Shown piece by piece: positions 45,401-58,480 of a stretch of 64,000 nt of DNA. The notes under the pieces were generated by a model. It ran no database searches. It worked only from the letters and a program-made list of their open reading frames with translations, and was not told where the DNA came from. The stretch is from the human T2T-CHM13v2.0 reference genome, Homo sapiens. Numbering within the stretch: position 1 is the stretch's first letter; every line of letters starts with the position of its first letter. The DNA lies in assembly GCF_009914755.1 (NCBI RefSeq), contig NC_060925.1; one strand, given 5' to 3'. The position numbers were made by a program, and so were the translations under genes.

Positions 45401-47372
45401 AATTTTGTCATTCTCATGATTAAAAGATGGTTCTGATTTAATTAAATGTATGAATCACAAAATACTTAAATGCAATTGTATTACTTTTTAATATTTGTCG
45501 TAACTAAAAGCAGGCCAATAAACTACGATTTAGTACAGATCATTTGGAGATTCACTTAAAGGCACACATATAAAGTATTCACATTGATTTGTGAAAGTAG
45601 ACATTTCTGAACTGTTCAAAAGCTGTCAGATCTCTGGAGGGTTATAAATAATCCCTCTTACAAAGAGGTTTATACAATTATTTGCTCTACTAAAAATAAG
45701 TTTGCATAGAAAATGCAAACATTAGCCTGAGTTATTTCCATTTTCATATTAACTGAAACTATATTAATGGGTTTCTACTACTTTGAAGTTGGAGAAAGGC
45801 ATTGATATGCCATAGAAGATAGAAAATAGAATTTGTCATCAGAATACCAAACCTGACTTATGGCTATACCATTTGATGCCTATGTGATCTTGGGTGAGTC
45901 TCTTAAGAGAGAATGATATTGGTTTTTTATTCTCTAAAATATGGAAAATAAGCATAGACAAATGACAAGTTCATTATGAGAAATAAGTGAGATAGAACAT
46001 CTGGAAAAGCTTTTCTTTTAATCTATAAAACAACTTAAAGATGTTAACTGATATTAATATTATCACTTTAGTCTGTATTTTAACTCTACTTACTTAAATA
46101 AATGATGTTCATACAATTAGTTTGCTTTTATTTAATACCGGAGTTCATCCTGTTTTACAGGTGAAAAATAAAACAGAGGCCAAAACACATTAGGAGTAAG
46201 AAATAGCACAGACTAGAAATGAGAAAATATGAATTTTAATATTATTTTCACCACCAGTGGCTTTGAAACCCTATGTAGTCACATATCTTTTTTATACCTT
46301 AGGATTCACTTTTGAAAACTGAGGCAAATACTCTACCTTGATCACTCTACAGGTATTAAAAACACAATGTGAAAACAACAACTCTGATTCCCCCAAAATA
46401 TTTTGCCATGGCCAAGTCAGATAAACAAAAGAAATTTACCAACTCAAATGAGACTATGCAAACTAGGTGAGTCTATGAAGCTGAGTTTGGCAGAGACTAA
46501 AGGACTAAAAGTGGAAAGTAGGGAGTGAGGCATAGAGTGCTGTAGAACTGACAATTTCATAAATTAGATTGTTTTTGTTCTTGCTGATTTTTTAATGTTG
46601 TCCTTGTGGCTGTCAATGTGGGACAGTGAATAAGGGAAGTCAGAAGTGAGGGCCCCAGTAGTGGTTTAAAAATATAGATGGAGAATGCACATACAAGGTC
46701 TTGCTCAGATTCTAAGAACCTGAACAAATAACAATCTACTACTCCCTTGGCAATGCAAGATCAGCGTTGGAGACAAGTGACCTGATAATCTACTAGTGTC
46801 TCACTCTTTATTCTAATGATCTTTGGAAGGCTATGATTACCTGCTCATTGCTCCTGCCTGTTAGTATTTAACTTCCTCCTCTGGTTATGCTTGTTTTATT
46901 TATCATTAGGCACTGAAGCTCAGATCCTAAGGGCTTTCAAGAGCCTATGAAAATGTTTTGAGACTTGAAGAAAATATCATCTCAAAAATAAAACAAAACA
47001 ACCCTGCAAAACTGAAATAAGTAAAAATTAAATACCTACAAAAATGACAACTACCCAACTGAACTTCAACTCAACTCTTTTTAAAGTATATATTAACTTT
47101 ACTTAATTTGAATGGTACATTTTAATGTTTGATATGATGAGAGTTAGAACTCAAAAAGTAAGAAAGCCTAGAGCTTTCAAAAGTCATAATAAGGCCCTAC
47201 CTGTTGCTTCTATCTCTACTTTACCCTGAACTTTGAATACCCTACTTTGAATATCTTGACTGCTCCCATTACAATCTATACTCAGCTATAATTTAGACTT
47301 TGGGTTTCTAAATCCTCATACGAACTTCCTGCTGACCTGGCTGCCTGATCTGATTCCTCCTCTAGACGCTGA

Positions 47373-47795
<423 letters not shown>

Positions 47796-47855
47796 TAGTA
47801 CATTTATAACGTACATTTATACAGTACATTTACAATTGCCATCAAGAAAAATTTT

Positions 47856-48757
47856 GCTGCCCAAAGCAATCTACAGATTCAACACTATTCCTATGAAACA
47901 ACCAATGTTATTTTTCACAGAATTAAAAAGACTACTCTAAAATTCATATGGTACAAAAAAGAGCCTGACTAGTAAAAGCAATCCTAAGTAAAAAGAACAA
48001 AGCTGGAGGCATCACATTACAGGACTTCAAACTAAACTATAAGTTTATAGTAACCAAAACAGCATGGTACTGGTACAAAAACAGACACATAGACCAATGG
48101 AACAGAATAGAGAATCCAGAATAAATCCACACACCTATAGAACAGAATAGAGAACCTAGAATAAATCCATACACCTACACCCATCTGATCTTCAAAAAAA
48201 TCAACAAAAATAAGCAATGGGGAAAGGACTCCTTATTCAATAAACAGTGCTGGGATAACTGGATAACTGGCTAGCTATATACAGAAGAATAAAAATGGAC
48301 CCCTATCTTTTACCATAGAAAAAAACTAACACAACATGGATAAAATATTTAAACATAAGACCCCCAACCTATAAAAATTCTAAAAGAAAAACTAAGAATA
48401 TCATTTTGAACATCAGTCTTGGCAAAGAATTAATGACTAAGTCCTCAAAAGCAATTGCAACAAAAATTAAAATTTACAAGTGGGACCTAATTAAACTAAA
48501 GAGTGTCTTCACAGCAAAATAAACTATCAACAGAGCAAACAGACAACCCATAGAATGAGAACAATAGACATTGGAAACTATTAGAGGGGGGAATGAGTGC
48601 AGGGGCAAGGGCTGGAAAACTACCTATTGGGTATTTTGCTCACTACCTGGGTGATGGGATCATTCGTACCCCAAACCTCAGCATCATTCAATAAACCCAT
48701 GTAATAAACCTACACATGTACCCTCTGAATCTAAAATAAAAGTTGAAATTATAAAAA
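47856..48757 (+). mobile_element. Old L1PA/L1PB fragment with internal deletion and 40-bp duplication
   Basis: ctgcccaaagcaatctacagattc ORF2; jump to 3'UTR at ~48560; end ctaaaataaaagttgaaatt; degenerate TSD agaaaaattt. Confidence 0.88.
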
Positions 48758-48989
48758 CAGAAAAATTTGTTACAGTCTGTCCTAGAACTGCCAATAACTG
48801 CCACAATCTAATCATACTGCTATGATTGCATTTATCATATTGAGTTAGATTTTTTTTGTTTATTGTAATTTTCTCTTTATCATAGATCCACCATTTACTA
48901 TCTGTATGACCTTAGGTAAGTTTCGTAAGCTCTCTGAGCCTTAGTTTTCTTATGAGTAGGTGGGTATAATAATATGGAGTCTCTGATCC

Positions 48990-49285
48990 TCTGTATTACC
49001 TAATCAACATCTAGCCTGTTTCAAACCTTAATAATCACTTCTTCAGAGAAATCTCCCTGTGTCACTAGACCATACGCAACATGCCTTCTCATCGTAATTT
49101 TTTCCACACACATTTTTCCTACACCTGTTTATTGTGTGGGAATATTTGATTAATATCTACCTGCCCTATTAGACTATAAGAACTGTAATCACTAGTGCCT
49201 GGTTTTGCTCAATTTTACATCCCAGCCCAGTCCAGTAGCTGCCTTATGATAGATTCTCAATAAATATTTGTTGAATGAATAAACA
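48990..49285 (+). mobile_element. L2 3' end
   Basis: atcacttcttcagagaa..tagactataag..ctcaataaatatttgttgaatgaat. Confidence 0.8.
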
Positions 49286-50630
49286 TTTTCTTTTTCATGA
49301 TCCTGGCTTTTATTTCAAATTTTTAGGAGGACCACTCAATCACAAATGGACCCTTTCACTTAGCTCCTGTAATTTCTTTCCTTAGAGCTAGACCATGATC
49401 TGCCATTTCTCTAGCCACTACCTAGCATCTCTCCCCTGAATCAATCTGGAAAAAACCTTTCTGATACAGTGTAGAAGCACAGCATGAGCACGGATCAGGT
49501 ATCAGTAACACCTAGCACTTAGACAATACTTACCATTGATGTACTTCCACCATTAGTGCCAGGCCAGTACATTAGTTTAAACAGTGCTTGCCCTCTGCTC
49601 AGCAAAGGTGTACCTGCCCCTTGGAAATGTTCAATCCAGAGAAGGTGGTAGGGTATATTTCAGGGGTGCATAGCAATGTATGAGGAGGTCACAGCACAGG
49701 ACTCTTGCTGTTAAAATCCACCCCGATTACCTGAAATTCCTTCATTAAGCTAATCTTTGGAGTTCTTGGGCTGTTTTCTCATCATTAAGATCATTCCATT
49801 AACTCCTGAGATCTGGGATTCAGCTATATTTTCATACGAATCAATGACAAATATCATCCATAAGTTGGATAGTGCAAGAAAAGGTTATCTGTGGGAGATA
49901 TTAAGGTTATCAAAAGAACATTTTAGTGAGGCATAAATACCAAGCAAAATAGGCACATGATTGAAAATAAGAAGACCTTAACTCTAGTTATGTTTCCACC
50001 ATTTACTATATGTGTGGCTCTGGACAAGTCCCTGAAGTTCTTTGTGTCTCAGATCAATTTCCCCATTACACAGCGCAGAGTCATAAGGATTAAATAAGAA
50101 CATAAAGTGTTAAGAATATATATAGTGCTTTGTGTAGCACTGGACCTTAAATATTGGTGCAATTATAGTATTTTTCACTTGATTCCAAAAAACTGGTATT
50201 TGTTTGATTTCTTTCAGATTGAACCTAATTTCCATAACTTTAAGTACATAATAACTGGGAGGTGAAGACAAGGAAAAGGAAGACTATATTCTGAAAAGAC
50301 CCTTAACACGTGACGTAAGGTTGATTTTAATCCTTCCATTTGACTGATGTCAACTCAAATTAATATAATGTAAAATCAGATAACTTCATCATATTAATGA
50401 ATAAATCAATTAGATAGTTATCAAGCAACCACACAGTGTTACGCACTGAATGCAGAAATGAATAAGCCATGATTATCCCTGCACTCAGCCTAAACTCACA
50501 TATAAGTTCTAAGTGGGTAGGGTTCATGCCTGTCTTTCCAATATCTATACCCACAATGGCTAGCCAAGTGCCAAATAGCAAGGGCCTCAGTCATGTGGTC
50601 CAGGGTTCAGACAATGATGAGCATTATCAC

Positions 50631-50663
<33 letters not shown>
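50631..50663 (+). repeat. (CAT)11 trinucleotide microsatellite
   Basis: Perfect cat x11, preceded by imperfect units and followed by an antisense MIR. Confidence 0.97.
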
Positions 50664-50879
50664 GAAGACAGCACTAACAATTTCTTGAGTGCTTGCTATG
50701 TGGCAAGCACTTTGTACACATTGTGTCATTTAACCCTAACACAAATGCTACAAGGTACAGTAAGTATATTATGCATTATTTATATCACCACCTACCTCCT
50801 TCATACATCTGCCCTGGCCCTCAAGACTTAAGTTTGATATTCTAAGCACACACATTCATCTCCTTACTACTATGAATAA

Positions 50880-51095
50880 TAATAATAAAGAATACTTTCT
50901 ATGTACCAGATTCTGTTCTACATACATTAATTATATTGAAGCATTTCAGCTTCACAACACTCGTATCAGGTAAGTATTGTTAATATCCTCATTTTATAGA
51001 CAGGGTAAGTAACTTGTCCAAGTACACACAGCTAGCAGAGTCTGGATCTGAACAAAAGTAGTCTTCAGTCAAAGTCTGTGGTCTTAATTACTCTG
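50880..51095 (-). mobile_element. MIR
   Basis: ctatgtaccag..cacaacac..cctcattttatagac..taagtaacttgtccaag..cacagctag. Confidence 0.75.
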
Positions 51096-51759
51096 CAATG
51101 TCCAGCAGGTGAGACAAAGTAGGAGCAGGATCATTTTAACCAAAAGAGAATATAGTCCTGGGCATCTAAAAGCCTGGTTAAAGATGTATTATAGTTAAGG
51201 TTCTTATATCTGGCCTCTGGACTGACCAGTGCCATACTGGAATATCTCTGCAGGGCCTTAAATAAGGAGTCCACATGGTCACTACAGTTATGCAGAACTT
51301 TTTTTTTTCCATTATCAGACACACATTATAATGTCTCTCTCTTGCCATACAATCCATCCCTCTCTGCCCAGGAAACTTCAAATTTTCTTTAAAGACACTT
51401 CCCAAGAAGCTTTTCTTGGCCCCTTCTTTGTAACACCATAATAATTTACTCATGCCTTTATTATGATACCTATGATACTACCTTATAACCACTGATATCA
51501 CTCCTACTAATGCGTGAACCCCTTATGAATAATAAACCAGTCTAATTCACTCTAATAGCAACCTCAGAGATGAACAATGGCAGAAGTAAGCCTTAATTTT
51601 TTAATTAAAGAGTATGGGCTTTGGGCTTAGTGAAATCCGATTTGACCCTTGCTCAATAATTTACGACTGCATTATCTTGGGTAACTTATTCTTCTGTTTT
51701 CCCTTCTACAAAATGGAAACAATAATATGTACCTTGCAAGGTTGCTGTTAGGAATATAT

Positions 51760-52155
51760 TTATTAATCTCAGCTTATATTTACTGAATGCCAACTATGTG
51801 CCAGGGATAATTCTGGGTACTGGGGATATGGTGGTGAACAATATAGACAAGATCCTTGCTTCACTGGAGTTTATATTGTATTGGAGGATACAAATAATAA
51901 ATACATTAACAAACAAGAAAAATCTGATAATAGCAGGAATTATAAAAAGAATTAAAATAGTGATATAATAGGATTATATACAAACCTGCTGTAGAGTGAG
52001 TGGTCAGGGAAAGCTTGCAGAAAATACAACATTTACTGAGATCTCAGTGACAAGAAGAAGCCATGAGAATAGAGGTAGGGGGAGTGCCTTTCTAGGCAAA
52101 GGAACTAGCCAGGGTAAAATCCTTAAAGGCAGTAATGAGCTTGGTGAGCCTGAGA
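51760..52155 (-). mobile_element. L2 fragment
   Basis: tatttactgaatgccaactatgtgccagg..tactggggatatggtggtgaaca..ctggagtttatatt. Confidence 0.8.
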
Positions 52156-52480
52156 GAATCTTTTCTTCTTTTTATGTAATGTCTTCCCTCCCTTTCACTC
52201 AGCAGAAATAAGACAGGTCTATAGTAGCCTCTTGTTTGGGCATGGAAATAAAGAGGAGGGGGCAACAGGAAGGAAGCACAGTATCAGGCATTCCTTTACT
52301 TTACCTAGATCTTATGTAAAAGGGGAAAAGAAGCACCCTGCTCACCAGGGAAGAGGCCAGACGGGAGTTCAGGGGCACAGACTTCACTAAGAAGAAAGAG
52401 CATTCCATCAGCCTAAAGTGTATCGTGAGGAGACACTCCACAGAAACCTAATGATGGCTGCATAAACATTAGGCCTCTGC

Positions 52481-52794
52481 ACCGGGCACAGTGGCTCACG
52501 CCTGTAATCCTAGTACTTTGGGAGGCCAAGGCGGGTGGGTCAGGAGGTCAGGAGATCCAGACCATCCTGGCTAACACGGTGAAACCCCGTCTCTACTAAA
52601 AAAAAAATACAAAAAATTAGCCGGGCATGGTGGCGGGTGCCTGTAGTCCCAGCTACTCGGGAGGCTGAGGCAGGAGAATGGCGTGAACCCTGGGAGGTGG
52701 AGCTTGCAGGTGAGCCGAGATCGCACCACTGCACTCCAGCCTGGGCAACAGAGTGAGACTCTGTCTCAAAAAAAACAAAAAAACAAAAAAAAAC
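52481..52794 (+). mobile_element. AluY
   Basis: gaccatcctggctaacacggtgaaacc, gaatggcgtgaacc, gagcttgcag; TSD cattaggcc(t/c)ctgc (52467-52480; 52795-52808). Confidence 0.96.
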
Positions 52795-54479
52795 CATTAG
52801 GCCCCTGCCTTAGGATTAGCAATTGCTCAATAAACACCTACTGGATGAACAAATAGGCTTTTGCTGCAATGTAAGGCCTTGCTTTCACAGAAGAGTCATT
52901 AAATAACCCTATCTTACTGAAAACTCTGTCATACCATAAAAAGATATAAAGAGAAAAAAACTACAAAATCTGGAGAGTCTGGCCTATTTTACTGCTCTTG
53001 TCCTTGATCTTACATTTGTACTTTGTGTGTCTTGGGATGCTCACTTCATAAATATTTTACACAAATAAAAATAGAAACTTCTAAACTGTGACCAGAACAA
53101 TACATTTGAAAGCTGCATAATATAAATTGCCTTTGCTTAATAAGAGAAAAAAAAGAAGGAGCATAATGTCATAAATAAGTCATTTATGCTTACTGACTAA
53201 GGAATCTCCCATTTGGAGAGTCAAATATAAATATAGGTAGGTGGATACCAAAAAAAGCCAGTCTCCAGTGGCTTTGCATCCACTATGAAGCAACAAATTT
53301 AAATGTATCATTAAAAAAACCTCATCCCTAGTGACAAGTCAATGTCTAGAAGACAGTTAAATGAGTGTTCAGCAGAGGATGACAAAGAGTTTGGAGCATA
53401 GAATATGACAGAGTTCTTTCCATGAACATCGATTACAACAAGGCAGCAGTTATTCTGTCTGGAAGAGAAACATTTATTCTGTGTTTGACATTGTGCATGG
53501 TATCTAATTGACCAGTAATAGCATTTTCTGTGTAATTCTGGAGTGATTTCTTAAAGGTAAAAGCAGTAGAAAAAGTACATTTTCTGATACTGTCCAGCAG
53601 CAGCCAGATAACTGAGATAACTGATGTACTTTAATTCAACTTTATTTGAAGAAAAAGCAAACATTAGGTTGATGATACTGTACTTAGAAATTATTTATCC
53701 TTTCTCTTATTTAAGTAACATTTGTTAAGTAAATACTATGTGTCAGATCCTAGGCTAGAAACTAAAAATAATAAAACCTCTCCTTGACTACCAGACGCTC
53801 ACAAGGCAGATGTACCCTATATAACTAACTGTAATTCAGTTTTTTTGGTCTTTAAAAGAAGGTGTATCCAAGTGCTCAATGAGAACATTGTACTCTTTCT
53901 CCACGACCATTCCTCAAGGTCCCTGACCTTACCAAGTGGCAGGTACCGGAGACCTGCACCTTATATCTTAGTCCCATCCAGTCATCAAGCCCATGAACAT
54001 CAAGCATGTACATGAAAAGCCCTATCCGTATCAGAAATTGGTATTTAGAATAAGGCTTATAACACCCTGACCTCAGGGCTTAGTGCTTGGGAGCAGGCCC
54101 AACTTACTCATTCATTTAATCAAAAACATTAAATAAGCTTTTATTAGATGCTGGGTCATAAGCCTCAATGTACCATTTACCTGCAGACTTTCTTCCATTG
54201 CTATCACAGGGGCCTACTTCTTTACATCCAGGATATGCCCAAGCTCTTAGTTTTCACTTCAGTTATCAATAAGATTTCCTGTGAGAATAAAGCACTATTT
54301 TAAACTCCATCCCACTTGACTGGACAAATTACAACTCTTATAACGTTTATCAAGCCATCCCTTTGGGGAATTTGCCACCATTCTCGGTGCCCCATCCACT
54401 AGCTCGGATCCTTTCAATCTCTAACTCCAGCCAGAATGAAGAGACTGCTAACCATGAAATATGCAAATAGCTTTGCTTC

Positions 54480-55055
54480 AACCTAGAAATACTTTCAGAC
54501 TTGCTCAACTCAGCAGACAGGAAATACTTGGGATGCAGTTATATAGCACTTGGTTATCAAAAGTTAGACTCCTCCACACCTGATCCAAAGGAGTGGATCT
54601 GCAGCTTCAAATCTGCAATGTGTAACTCTGACCCCCAGGTCATAGCTGATTGACTGAGTTAGACAAATTAGATTTTTTTTCAACAGGACATCAAAATTAG
54701 GAGAGACAGCAAGTCTCTGGGTACGTAGTCCCCTACAAAGTGACTGATTTTAGAGATGCTGAGGAAGTATGACGTTTGGGATTTGATGACTAATATGATG
54801 CACAGGGTAGATTATAAGATAAAGAGAACTGCACGGTCACCACATTCTGTCTTGGGCAAGGAGATGTAGAAAAAGCATGTCAGGAAGGAAAAGCAGAGAA
54901 AAATAAAGGCTGAGATAAGGAACAAAGAGTGTCCAATAAGTACTCATGGTACTTATGAGACACTTACGTATCTTATTATAAACTCTTGTTTTTTTCAACT
55001 TAAACTAGCTTGAGTTGATTTCTGCCACTTACAAGCAAAGAATCCTAATCAATAT
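54480..55055 (+). mobile_element. Ancient ERVL-class LTR (LTR16/LTR33-like)
   Basis: 3' end taaactc..cttaaactagcttgagttgatttctgccacttacaagcaaagaatcctaatcaata; cagctgattgac upstream. Confidence 0.5.
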
Positions 55056-55139
55056 AGCACTTCTATATAATTTGGCTCCATAAACTTGTTAGTGTCCCCA
55101 ACTGTTCCAAGATCCCTCTGCTCTCTTTATGATTAAACC

Positions 55140-56630
55140 TGGTTCATTTGTTCACTCATCCACTCAGTCCTCTAGAAACATTTACTATGTACCAGGTATT
55201 ATGCTAGACATAATCCCCACCTCAAATTACTTATTAACCTATAGGGGAGATAAGTAAGCAATTATAATATAGAACAATTGGGGCCAGAAAATAGTCAAAC
55301 ATGAAGCTCTGGGAGCACAAACGTTTAGGTGGTACCCAAGGGTTTAGGTGATCAGGAAAAAATTTCCAGAGTGATTGACATTTATAAGATGAGTGGGAGA
55401 TTGGTGGACGAAAAATTTTTAAAAAAATTAGAAAGTAAGGGGAAGAATGATATTTCAGGCAGAGGAAAGAGAATGTACAAAGCAAGGAAGTTTGAGATCC
55501 TATGGTTTATATATAAGAAATTACAAGTAGTTCTTTACGGTTGGAGCTGTGTGGGTGTATAAACAGAGGGGAGTAAATAGTAGGAGATGAAGTTAGAGAG
55601 GTAGAAAATTCTAGGTCATAAAAAGTCTTGTACATTAAGCTCTAGAATATGAACTTAATTTTAAACACTACAAAGTCATTAAAGAATCATGGACCAAAAA
55701 GTTATAAGATCAGATTATTATTTTAGAAACATTATTGTGTCAATCTGGAGGATGGATTGCAAAATGGGGGTGCAGGGCTGTAATCAGGAGAGAGAACCAT
55801 AAACACAAAAAGGCTAGGAAGAAACTGAATGCAGTAATGCTGAGAATAGGTAAAAGCCTGAAATAAGACCGTGGTGATAAATTTGAAGAGTAGGAAATGT
55901 CTTTGAGAGATAATGGGGAATATAATCTGTGGTACTTGGATATTTGGATTTTGGGATAAGAAAAAATTTGAAAAGACTATTTTATTTCCATCTTGTATTA
56001 CAGTTCAAAAGATGATACCCTGAATGAAATGTAGAACAAAGGAGAAAGAGCAAATGTAAGGAAATAAATCTGGCCAGGCATGGTGGCTTATGCCAGTAAT
56101 CCCAGCACTTTGGGAGGCCGAGCAGGCAGATGACTTGAGGCCAGGAGTTCAAGACAAGCCTGGCCAACATGGTGAAACCCCTTCTCTACTAAAAATATAA
56201 AAATTAGCTAAGCATGGTGGCACATGCCTGTAATCCCAGCTACTCAGGACGCTGAGGTATGAGAATCACTTGAACCCAGGAGGCAGAGTGCAGGGAGCTG
56301 AGATTGTGCCACTACACTTCAGCCTGGACAACAGCGCAAGACCCTGTCTCAAATAATAATACTAATAACAATATTATTGTTACTATTCAATAACAGTTTT
56401 AGACAGTTTAGTTTGAGGTGTATGTGAAATGCTCAAGGGTACATGTGTAGGAGGCAGTTACAAATGGGGTATGGCTTCTAGCAGACAGTTAAGGGCTAGA
56501 GATAAATGTTCCGGGACCTTATTGAAGCTCTGGGTGAATATTAAATCATAAAAAGAGAGTGCATAACATCAGCAGAGCGGGGGTAAGAGAAGAAACTCTG
56601 AGATATTTAAGAGGTGAAAGAGGAAAAGGA
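55140..56630 (-). mobile_element. Long L2 fragment interrupted by Alu
   Basis: ttcatttgttcactca..actatgtaccagg..gatcagatta..ctggaggatggattg..gtttgaggtg..gggctagagataaat. Confidence 0.75.
56072..56372 (+). mobile_element. Older Alu (AluSz/J-like)
   Basis: ggccaggcatggtggct..ttgaggccaggagttcaagac..gaccctgtctc with (aat)n-like tail. Confidence 0.93.
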
Positions 56631-56964
56631 GATGGGAATGGAGAGGAAAACAGGGTTAGGTCATCAAGGCCCTTGTGTCACAATACTTGGCACACAGTAG
56701 GGCTCAGTAAATATTTATTTTTTGAATGAATAATAAAAGATTACCACTTGCTTCTGTACATGGTATGAAACTACTGAACATTTCTAAGAGACTTGACTTC
56801 ACTGAACCTAAATTATCATCAACATTGTCGTCATGATCATTGTTATCATCATTATTATCATTTTCCCTTACATTTGGATTTTACATTATTGTTTTAAAAA
56901 GTTTCCACAGCTATGTTTTCAAGTAGAATTTGTAAAAAAAAAAAACAAAAAAAAACTCTATGAG

Positions 56965-57109
56965 TTTTTTTTTATTATTATACTTTACATTTGAGGGTAC
57001 ATGTGCACAACGTGCAGGTTTGTTACATACGTATACATGTGCCATGTTGGTGTGCTGCACCCATTAACTCTTCATTTAACATTAGGTATATCTCTTAATG
57101 CTATCCCTC
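56965..57109 (-). mobile_element. Very short L1PA 3' end in a MIR
   Basis: tttttttattattatacttt..gggtacatgtgcacaacgtgcagg..aatgctatccctc. Confidence 0.93.
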
Positions 57110-57324
57110 TTTTTATATGTGGAAATATTGAGGCTTAAAGCAATGAAGTAGCTAGCTAAAAGCTTGTAAGAATCCTCAGGTTTTTAATCTGACTTCCAGT
57201 TCAGTTTTCATTTAAGTATATCCCAGCCACCTCTCTGAAATAGTCTCTTAAAATCACATGGTATTTTGGGATTGGGAAAATAATCATATGCACCATCCTA
57301 TTTGATAATATATGGGTTTATTTG

Positions 57325-57437
57325 TGGATATTACAGATACCTGGGTTGCATTGGACTGAGAGGCTTCTTGGGACTTAGGGATTTCAGGATTAAAACTAAG
57401 AAAGTCCAAGGAAAAGTGGGAACAGTTAATTACTCTA
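57325..57437. mobile_element. MER94-like (hAT-Blackjack) MITE
   Basis: ggactgagaggcttcttgggac..gggatttcag..taaaactaagaaagtccaaggaaaagtgggaacagttaattactcta. Confidence 0.6.
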
Positions 57438-57459
57438 CCATTTATTATCATCCTGAAGA

Positions 57460-57700
57460 GAGTAAATATAATAAAATGATTAAGAATATAAGCCCTAGTG
57501 TTAGACTACCTGGATTCAAATCCTGCATCCTATCTCATACTGGCAAAGCAACTAGACAAATTACTCAACTTTTCTGTGCTTCTGTTGTCTTATCTATAAA
57601 ATAGGGGAAATAAAAATACCTAAACACTGAGGATTAGATGAAATAGTATATGTAAATACCTAGGTCAATACCTAGCACAGAGCACTCAATCAATAAATTC
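57460..57700 (+). mobile_element. MIR
   Basis: gattaagaat..agactacctggattcaaatcctg..tctgtgcttctgtt..tctataaaataggg. Confidence 0.8.
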
Positions 57701-58229
57701 TCACCTCATATGTATTATTTCTATTCTTTCCCACAGTTTGCCTCTAAATTATATGTGGCTTAGTATTTTTATTTTCTAATTTTGATATCAAGTTAGAGGA
57801 TTTTGGTATCTTTGGAGAGTGACTTCACAGGATAAGAAAGAAAAGAACCCTAGCATCAGTCTCTGCAAGTGTTCTTTCTCTGAGACCTAAGCTGCTGAGA
57901 AGAGTGCACTGGGCTGTCTTTAAGTCTGGCTCATTTATTTTGTGGCACTAGGCATGTCAGTTTCCCTCTCTGGGTTTAAGTTTACTCATCTGCAAAACAA
58001 AAAGATTTAAATGATCTGTAGAGTCCCTTCTATGTTGGGCATTCTATGATGTCTCTATTCCCTAGACTTTACTGAAAGAATGACAGAGGAAACAAACCCT
58101 ACTCTAGCAACCCTTTTAAATTCCAAAGTCCAGAGATGAAAAAATGAGAATAACCAAAGGATTTCTGTGAAACAGTCATAAACTTACAATAATTGTGACT
58201 TTTTAAAAATAAGAAATCAGAACAACAAT

Positions 58230-58480
58230 TCACTGTTGACTATTTAGTAATAGGTATTGTTCTCATTATTTTATAGATATCATATTGTCATCATATTCTA
58301 ATTCTCACAACAACCCTGTGATGTAGTTATTATTATCCCTATTTACAGATAAGACAACTGGGGTTCTGACAAGTTCTATAATTTATCAAAGTCACACATC
58401 TGTCAAGAGATGAGAGCAGATCTTTAATTTGAATGCATACAATTCAAATGCCCATGGTTTTCCTACACTAGCACGTTACT
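58230..58480 (-). mobile_element. MIR
   Basis: attctcacaacaaccctgtgatgtagttattattatccctatttacagataagacaactgggg. Confidence 0.82.

Noticed and set aside
50469-50831. 120-aa ORF with poly-histidine
   Set aside because: The His run is a (CAT)n microsatellite and the rest reads through a MIR.
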